From positions 39,122,001 through 39,186,000 of the forward strand of contig OZ024751.1 of NCBI GenBank assembly GCA_964016885.1: DNA of 64,000 nt, written 5' to 3'. This document shows, piece by piece, positions 54,516 through 64,000 of the stretch. A program made the position numbers and the translations under genes. The notes under the pieces were generated by a model. It was not told the DNA's origin. It did not search any database and was given only the letters and a program-made list of their open reading frames with translations. This DNA comes from Eledone cirrhosa. Lineage: Eukaryota. Each line of letters begins with the position of its first letter. The stretch's first letter is position 1.

Positions 54516-55117
54516 CAACAACAACAACACCACACTATCGAGTCTGAGAACTTGTTCGTACTTTTATAAGTGTAAACAGAAACTTTGTAACCGAGGGAAA
54601 GATCGATAGAAAAGTCTAAAATTATACAAATGTGCAGGAGTCGTGGATTAAGGAGGGACGATGTGAGGCGAGATGTGAGGTGAGATGAAAGGAAAGCGAT
54701 GTTATTGGAGGAGTCAGAGGTGAGTGGAGAATGAGGAAAGTGTGAAAGTGTGTGTGTGGTAATGAGGTAAGATTTGAGTTAAAACAAGATAGTAACATAT
54801 GTGTTAAAACATAGCAGACATTTATTCACCGGTGTATCATCCCATTGGTGTACATAGATAATGGTGTTTATCGAATTTTTCGAGGAACGAGGAAGGTGTA
54901 TCGTCTTTATAGCTCCTGTAATTGGTGAATATTTCTACACTCTAATTAAATGTTAATTCGTTTGAAAACATTTCAGATTCATAATATTTATTTTTACTAT
55001 AACATTTTTTCACATACAGACATGCAAACGTATTTTAATTTAACCCAACTACCAAACATCAATACTATTGGTTATAAATAACCCTAGTTTAGTTTGTAAT
55101 CAATAGTTACCATAATT

Positions 55118-55450
55118 AAGGTGGTGAATAGGCAGAGTTGTTAGAAAGTCAGAGAAAATACTTTGTTTTATTTGTTCCGGATTTCTGTGCTGTGAGTTCA
55201 AATCCACCTTTGTGAAATTTGTATTTCATCGCTTCAAGATCAATGTTTAAAGTACCAGTTAAATACTGGGGTCGGTATAATCTACTTTACCCCCCCCCCC
55301 CCCAGCCATATTGTTGACCGTGTACAAATGTTAGAAAGAATAGATACAATAAGGTGGTGAATTAGCAGAGTCACAAATTGGGAGTCGCTCAAGTTCTCTA
55401 CGTTCTGACTTCAACCTCCATCGTGGTCAACTTTGTCTTTCATCGCTTGT
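55118..55450 (+). mobile_element. Older degenerate Meta-like SINEs (one near full-length, one partial)
   Basis: AAGGTGGTGAAT.GGCAGAG heads, GAGTTCAAATCC, AAGTACCAGTTAAATACTGGGGTCG. Confidence 0.7.
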
Positions 55451-55596
55451 CCTTAAGTAAAGAACCATTCCAGTAACGACATCTCTCTCTCTCTCTCTCT
55501 CTCTCTCTGTTCCACATTCTCTTTTGTTTGACCTTTCCAACAGTTTCTATTAACTAAATTCCAGTCTCAATGTATCGGTCAACACGAGACTAATAT

Positions 55597-55788
55597 AATT
55601 GTTTCTACTTTTGGCACAAGGCCAGCAATTATCCCGGTGTATTACTGGTACTTTATTTTATCGACCCTGTAAGGGTGAAAGGCAAAGTTAACCAAGGCGG
55701 GATTTGAACTCAGACCATAAACGGGCGTAACTCTATGCTGAAAAGCATGGCGTCCGAACCTCTACCGATACTGCCAATACACCACCCT
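55597..55788 (-). mobile_element. tRNA-derived Meta-like SINE
   Basis: Same family; ACGAGACTA on both flanks (TSD-like). Confidence 0.88.
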
Positions 55789-57136
55789 AAACGAGACTAT
55801 AACAATAAAGACTTACTCAAATGACCGGGCAATAGATCCAAAGTCTGATCCATGTGAGTGTGGAACGTAATTCTTCAGCTCGCAGCAAGTTATTTTCTTA
55901 TCTATTATAAATCCGATGTCAGTTTAACCAACATATTTCGAAAGATTTTATTTCTGCACACATTTGTGAGAAATTCCATATTGAATTCCATGTTATTTAA
56001 CGAGCTTCTATGAAGCGACGGCAGTTGACAGACGATTTTCTTTGTGTATCGAAGCTGAAACAAAAATAATCTAACACCTACATTATATACACTGTCGTTT
56101 CATCTCTAATGTTATCACTGTACATTATAATGTCAATCGTCACAACCGAGGAAGAGAAAACTCAATTAGCCATCAGCCATCACTCATATTTGACAAGCAG
56201 CTTGTCAAAGGGAAAGTGGTCTCTAAAAATGGAGAAAAACATCCTGTTTTTCTTATTCTCTTAATTTTTTTTAACAAATGCCTTATTGATATGCAAATTG
56301 ACAGAAGAACAATTAACATGTTCAAAGTTTAATTACGCGAATTTAATTTTTTACTTGGTGAGCGATAAAATTGACAATATTAACAATTTTCTTATTGTAC
56401 GAATTTAAAAGAACAAAAGAAAACAACTAATGAAATAAAAACAACTACATTTCACCTATCTGTTAGATAAACAAAATAAAATAAAATATAATAAACAAAT
56501 CCAGAGCAAAACAAAGACATAAGAGTGAAGTGATAAGCTGAAGGGGTAAAGCTTAATTTATAAATGCCAAATTACATTAACAAACGATTGTTGTTGTTTC
56601 TTGTTGTTTTGGAGACATAAGCCAATAAACAAGATGGCGTAGAAAGGCTAAGATTTTATAACCTAATATGTTTCATGCTATTATTGAATGTCGAATATTT
56701 AATTTTGAAATCATTCACCCCATCTCAGATAGTTTATTACTAAAACATGATGCATTTCAATTACTTGTTAATATCACCAAAAGAACGAAGGCAGTTAAGA
56801 GAGAATGTTCAGAACTTAGTATATTACAGCGTTTAATTCCATGGTTTTATTTTCTGTGTTCGAATCTGACAATGTTTCGATTACGTGTTAATATACCACA
56901 ACGAAAGAAGCTAATGTCATAAATGAAAGAGTGTTCAAACCTTACTCTAGTTCACGTTTTTGTTATATGCTTTTATGTTCTGAATTCGACAGCTAACAAT
57001 GCAATTGTTGTTTTATATAAGACCAAGTCTGAAAAATAAATGAAAATTTAAACTTTACTTCGGTATTTAGTACTTTTCCTCACGTCCGTCATAAAACACG
57101 TATATATGTATATTATATATATATAAATAATATATA

Positions 57137-57215
57137 CGCATCGCCCGGTCCAGGAATCGAACTCACAACCTCACGATTGCGAATCCAGTTCTCTAACCAC
57201 TCAGCCACACGCCTT

Positions 57216-57216
<1 letters not shown>
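57137..57216 (-). mobile_element. Inverted duplicate of the SINE head at 57856-57935
   Basis: Reverse complement with one mismatch; the symmetry continues into the flanking (CA)n/(TG)n. Confidence 0.82.
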
Positions 57217-57258
<42 letters not shown>

Positions 57259-57300
57259 TATATATATACATACATATATATATATATATATACATACATA

Positions 57301-57523
<223 letters not shown>

Positions 57524-57527
57524 ATAC

Positions 57528-57974
<447 letters not shown>

Positions 57975-59186
57975 TTCTACGTGGAGTTGCGACCGATAGA
58001 TAGTATTAGCAATTGGAAAGACCAATGGAAACACTATTTCCTGGGTCCGATTTGACGAAAGTCGATCGTTAGGAATATAGATATATATATATATAGAGAG
58101 AGAGAGAGGGGGGGGTACAAAAACACAGACATGTATTACATATGTACACTCAAATATATGTTCGAAGTTAAGGTAAAATCTTTAAGCGAACAAGAATAGA
58201 CGTTTATGAGAATACATTAATAAAGGACGACAGAACAGAGAGTTAACTAGTTACAGGATTACAACTATAACGATTGCTATCGCTTAACCTTGTGTCGGAA
58301 TATCGGAATATATCGAAGGTCTTTCTATGGAGATGTATGTTGAGATTTGCCTGAAGCTCGCTTGTAAAATCTGTGTCATAACAACATGTAAATTTTCGTT
58401 CTTTACTGTGCTGTGTACATCAACATCTGACTAGAAGAAAATGGCTGCTAGCTATTGTTAATGTCATACTGAAGCTAGAGCAGACGAGCCTATTGTTCTA
58501 AAGTATATCATTGTTTATTTGCATGCGTATGCATGCATTCATATTCTAATGTTTTCTACTAACTTTTCTGTTTGTATATCCCTGTCGGCCATTAGATTGT
58601 GCCTGCCCAGTATTAGCAGATTTTCTGAATATGTATATGTGTGTATGTATGGATGGTTGGATAGATGGAAGGGTGGATGTATGCACGTATGTATATACGT
58701 ATATATATATACATATGTATATGATTATATTCATATATCTATGAAAGTATATATCTATATATATATATATGTGTGTGTGCGTGTATTTATCTAAGTCCGT
58801 ATGTACGTACGTACGTATGTATGTATGCGCGTACGCATATATATACAGATATATATATATATGTGAGTGTGTGTGAGTTTGAATGTTTGTATATTTATTT
58901 GTGTGTGTGTGGGTGTGTGGGTGTGTGTGTTTGGGTGTGTGTGTGTGTGTGTGTGTATGTTTGCCTGTATGTGTGTGTGTATAGCACCCAGTGTGCACAT
59001 ATTATAGATTAGTTATGTGTGTCTATATGCATGGTTCTATAGTTGAAATCATACATTCGTGCATACGTGTTGTGTACGAATACATATATTTGTGAGTATA
59101 CGCACAAGCATACACGCAGACATAGATACACATACGTATATAATATATATATGCATATATATACTTATATATACAGTATTTGTGTA

Positions 59187-59248
<62 letters not shown>

Positions 59249-59369
59249 AATATACATATATGTACATATATATATATACACGCATATATGTACATATATA
59301 TATATATACACACACATATATATATATATATACATAAATATACATATATGTACATATATATATATACAC

Positions 59370-59417
<48 letters not shown>

Positions 59418-59895
59418 ACATAAATATACATATATGTACACATATATATATATACACATACATGCATATATTCACATATATATACACATGTATATATATA
59501 TATACATACATTCATGCATATATCATACGTATATTCATGTACATTTATATATATATGTGTGTGTGTATGTATGTGTGTGTGTGTGCGTGTGTGTGTGTGG
59601 GGGTGGTGGTTGTGTGTGGGGGGGCGTGTGTGTGTGCGTGTGTGTGTCTGCCTGTGTGCCTGGTTCTGTGTTTCCTCAACATCTCGCGGCTATCTTGTCC
59701 TCGAGGTTGAATAATTAATAAGATTTAGAGAAGTATGAGGAGAGCTGTGCGATAATAACACATTCCTCTGGGGTCAAAAATCCTATGAAACTCCACACGG
59801 ATATGCTGAATATATTTACATCTCATTAAAAGCTGATCTGCGGTGCCTGAAGCCGCTTTGTCGGTATTTACGATAAGGGATGTTTCTTTGAAAGA

Positions 59896-60222
<327 letters not shown>

Positions 60223-60223
60223 T

Positions 60224-60441
<218 letters not shown>

Positions 60442-61441
60442 ATATGTATCATATATATATTTATATATATAATATATATATAAACATATATATATATATA
60501 TGTGTGAGTGTGTGCGTGTGCGTGTGTGAGTGTGTGCGTGTGTGTATGTGTATAAATATATATGTATATATACATTCATATATATATATATATATATATA
60601 TGCATATTTATATATACACGCATATAATATATATATATCTCTCTCACTCTCTCTATCTATATATATATATATATATCTTCTTCCCATCTATGACAACAAA
60701 CTGCCATAGTCCCACCCTCCTCACTATCCCCACCCTCCACCATCTTCAGTAACACAAGCTCTACATTAACAACTTCAACCTCATCAAGAAACCAATTCCC
60801 CCCTCCTCGCCCCCCCTAAAAAAACACATCACACCAGCTGACAACAAAGCAAAGAACTACAACAACCACAATGGCAACCACAACCACCACCACAACAACA
60901 ACAGCAACAACAACAATGGAAACCCAACCACGACCACCACCACTACAACAACAGCAACAACAACAACAACTACGAGAAGAACATCAACAATTACAACAAC
61001 AACAACAACAATAGCCACAATGACAAACAACACGATAGCTACAAAAATCCTCAATGACAACAACAATGACAACAACAAAGACAACAACAATAACAACAAC
61101 AACAACAACAACTACAACAATAACCACAGTGAAAATAACCACAACGCACAAACAATACATACTCAATGACAACATCAACCCCAACAACAACAACAACAAC
61201 AACAATGACAACAACAACACACAAACAATACATACTCAATGACAACAACCCCAACAACAACAACAACGACAACGACAACAACAACAACAACAATGACAAC
61301 AACAACCCCAACAACAACAACGACAACAACAACAACAACAATGACAACAACAACCCCAACAACAACGACGACAACGACAACAACTCAGAGTCCAGAAATA
61401 GCCGTCAAAACCGCTTGAGCTCTGTCGTCCGGGTCATGACT

Positions 61442-61490
<49 letters not shown>

Positions 61491-61495
<5 letters not shown>

Positions 61496-61797
61496 TAATA
61501 AAATAATGAATAAACAAAGAAACAGTTCCTTATATTAAAAAAATTCATCATTTTACGATCGTTTCTAGGATATATATGTGTTAGAGTTGGTATGAAACGA
61601 TCGTAAAATGATTTTTTTAATATAAGGAACTGTTTCTTTGTTTATTCATTATTTTATTAATTTATCTTGACTCTGTTTTCCGTTTATTTTTCACCGAAAG
61701 TAGTTTTTGAATGCATCTTCTCTTTTCATGATATCCGGATTACATTGAGTTCTTCATACGGATTGGATACTACCGTAAACTTTTGGTAGATTTATCT
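61491..61797 (+). mobile_element. (TA)n-inserted element, family C, with fold-back
   Basis: 61491-61565 is inverted relative to 61594-61665; the sense arm starts GAAA-CGATCG-TA-AAATGA (hammerhead 3' half). Confidence 0.7.
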
Positions 61798-61798
61798 A

Positions 61799-61855
<57 letters not shown>

Positions 61856-61858
<3 letters not shown>

Positions 61859-62126
61859 AAATCAACTTTTTCAAATACAAGTCGATGTTGAACGGTATGT
61901 CAAATCTATTTATCTATAAAACTGTCTATATTGTATTTTGTCTGAAGAAGGCATAACATATTGTTAATATGATATCCCTGAAATATATATAATGAAATAA
62001 ATATGGTTTTATAAATATAGTTTCCATTTATTTAATATCGTAAATATACTCCAAATACTTGTTGAGTGCTTTTATATCAGTTATAAATATTTACTAGTTG
62101 TAACCCAACAATTTAAATATAACTTT

Positions 62127-62128
<2 letters not shown>
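61856..62128 (+). mobile_element. Family A, longest copy, with hammerhead, between (TA)n runs
   Basis: Contains all segments seen in the three other copies. Confidence 0.72.
61934..61999 (+). ncRNA. Type I hammerhead ribozyme motif (same family as 51611-51675)
   Basis: TATTTTGT-CTGAAGA-AGG...CCT-GAAA-TATATA-TA-ATGAAATA; differs from its sister copy at the free N7 position. Confidence 0.75.
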
Positions 62129-62182
<54 letters not shown>

Positions 62183-62391
62183 TGAGTTGGTTTTCTCGTT
62201 GCTTCGGTCCATGTGGCTGGCTCACCGGTCGCAATGTTCAATTTGTCAAGCTTTCTAACGTATGTTATTACTCTAAGGTGACAATACCTTTTCGAGTGTT
62301 TTGCTGCACATTCCGGATTTCATATCGTTAGCATGGCCACAGCCAGAGCTTCGATTTTACTGAACATCCATTTGTATATATATCTATCTAT

Positions 62392-62545
62392 CTAAGGCGG
62401 GTAAAATTCCCGAGATCCATGGACGAGTTCTCTCCAGCGGTCTCTGTCCCTCATTATCGCTGCCATATCCTGCATCTCCAACAGACCAGTGTCTGTCCTT
62501 AGGGCATCAACATATGTTAACCTTGGTCTTCCTCTTCTAGTGTGT
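62392..62545 (-). mobile_element. 5'-truncated RTE-like LINE 3' end (copy 2)
   Basis: Roughly 90% similar to 35910-36063, with nearly the same end points. Confidence 0.78.
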
Positions 62546-63085
62546 CCATATATTTACATAGCTAATTATGTAGTTAGCTAACTAGCTATTAATCTCGGTA
62601 TGACTGTGCGTACATGCACTATCTGAACATCTGCTGAATGCCTGCAGGAATTACGCAGTTAAAAGAGAGAACCAATGATTTAGTTCAAACACTTCTAATC
62701 GTTCTACCCCTAAAGTTACCCTATGAATAATGTGTGAGCTGTGTGAAATCAGACTTTGTGTGAGATCTTAAAAGCCTGTTTTAAGGCCCAATATATATTT
62801 AAGCAACACGCTAAACTTATGATGTAGTAGAAATTTAGAATCTTAATTAGAAACTCTTCTTCAATATTTCCAATAAACGTCAGCTACTTCCGTGGTTTAT
62901 CTAACACAATCAAAAATAAAGACAACAACAACAATGACAGCAATAACAAGATGGTTTATGTTGCTGACTTAACATTTCTCGGTATAATTCTACTATCTTT
63001 AAGATCATTTTCCCCTGAAAGTTTTCTCTTTATTCTTTCATTTCTAGACTTTGCTATCTCCATGGATTCACTCGGATTTTTTTTT

Positions 63086-63163
<78 letters not shown>

Positions 63164-63628
63164 TTCCTTCTCACTCGTTCACTTTCTATCTTTCTCTACC
63201 TCTCTATCTCTCTCTCTATTTTACCCTCTCTCTCTACCTCTCTATCTCTCCCTCTTTATATCTCTCTATCTCTCTTTATCTCTATCCCTCTCTCTCTATC
63301 TCTCTCCATCTTTCTCTCGGCCTAAAGCTATGCACTTCAAAGTGCAGTGTTCAAGAACCTGTCTGATAGAATTGGCAATGTTTTGATGCTAAATTAATAA
63401 TTTACGCTTCATTATTGCATCAATCTACGATGGGTTTATTAGTGTTGGATCAGAGCCAATCTCTAAGAAAATTAACTTGATGAAAATTTACAATAATAAA
63501 TAGGGTTTTAATCAAATGAGTTTGGTTCAATACACAGAGTGACCCCCTCCAAAATAGATAGCACTCAATGCTTGTTTCTAAACATTGATGGAAATATAGA
63601 TATCGATAGTCAGACTCACGCACACACA

Positions 63629-63669
<41 letters not shown>

Positions 63670-63776
63670 GCACACACACACACACACACACAAGCACACA
63701 CACATAGATATCCAGGGAAAGGTTAACTTTTTTAACATTCATGTATGAGAAACATAATTACATTTAAAAATTCCGA

Positions 63777-63818
<42 letters not shown>

Positions 63819-63862
63819 ATGTATGTGTGTGTATACATAGTATACGAAAATTAAAGATGCAA

Positions 63863-63894
<32 letters not shown>

Positions 63895-64000
63895 TTGCAT
63901 TCCCACACATTCAGACATGTAACAATTCTATTTGAAAACACATCTTTAATTTTACACACATATATGAATTTTACGTACATATATATATATACGTATGCAT

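Overview
AT-rich, microsatellite-saturated eukaryotic non-coding DNA. The SINE types and repeat landscape suggest an octopus/coleoid cephalopod (inference). No host protein-coding exon was recognised, and nearly all ORFs in the track are simple-repeat translations. The only intact coding unit is a young, GC-rich L1/Tx1-clade LINE (42427-46619, minus strand; intact EN-RT ORF2, 5'-truncated ORF1) inserted in a (GATA)n tract with a candidate 12-bp TSD. The window also holds R4/Dong-like and RTE 3' fragments, at least a dozen tRNA-derived SINEs, a 5S rRNA pseudogene, mariner- and hAT-type MITEs and several minisatellites. The most striking hidden structure is a set of short non-coding inserts of about 8 unrelated families, most sitting in or against (TA)n tracts. 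They carry minimal type I hammerhead ribozyme motifs (9 recognisable cores, including a U3-A8 covariant) and usually a 5' fold-back inversion, forming palindromes of up to 299 bp; two of these place a ribozyme on both strands. The pattern matches Penelope-like element pseudo-LTR or retrozyme-type mobile RNAs. All alignments and folds were read by eye, so coordinates of degenerate copies are approximate.
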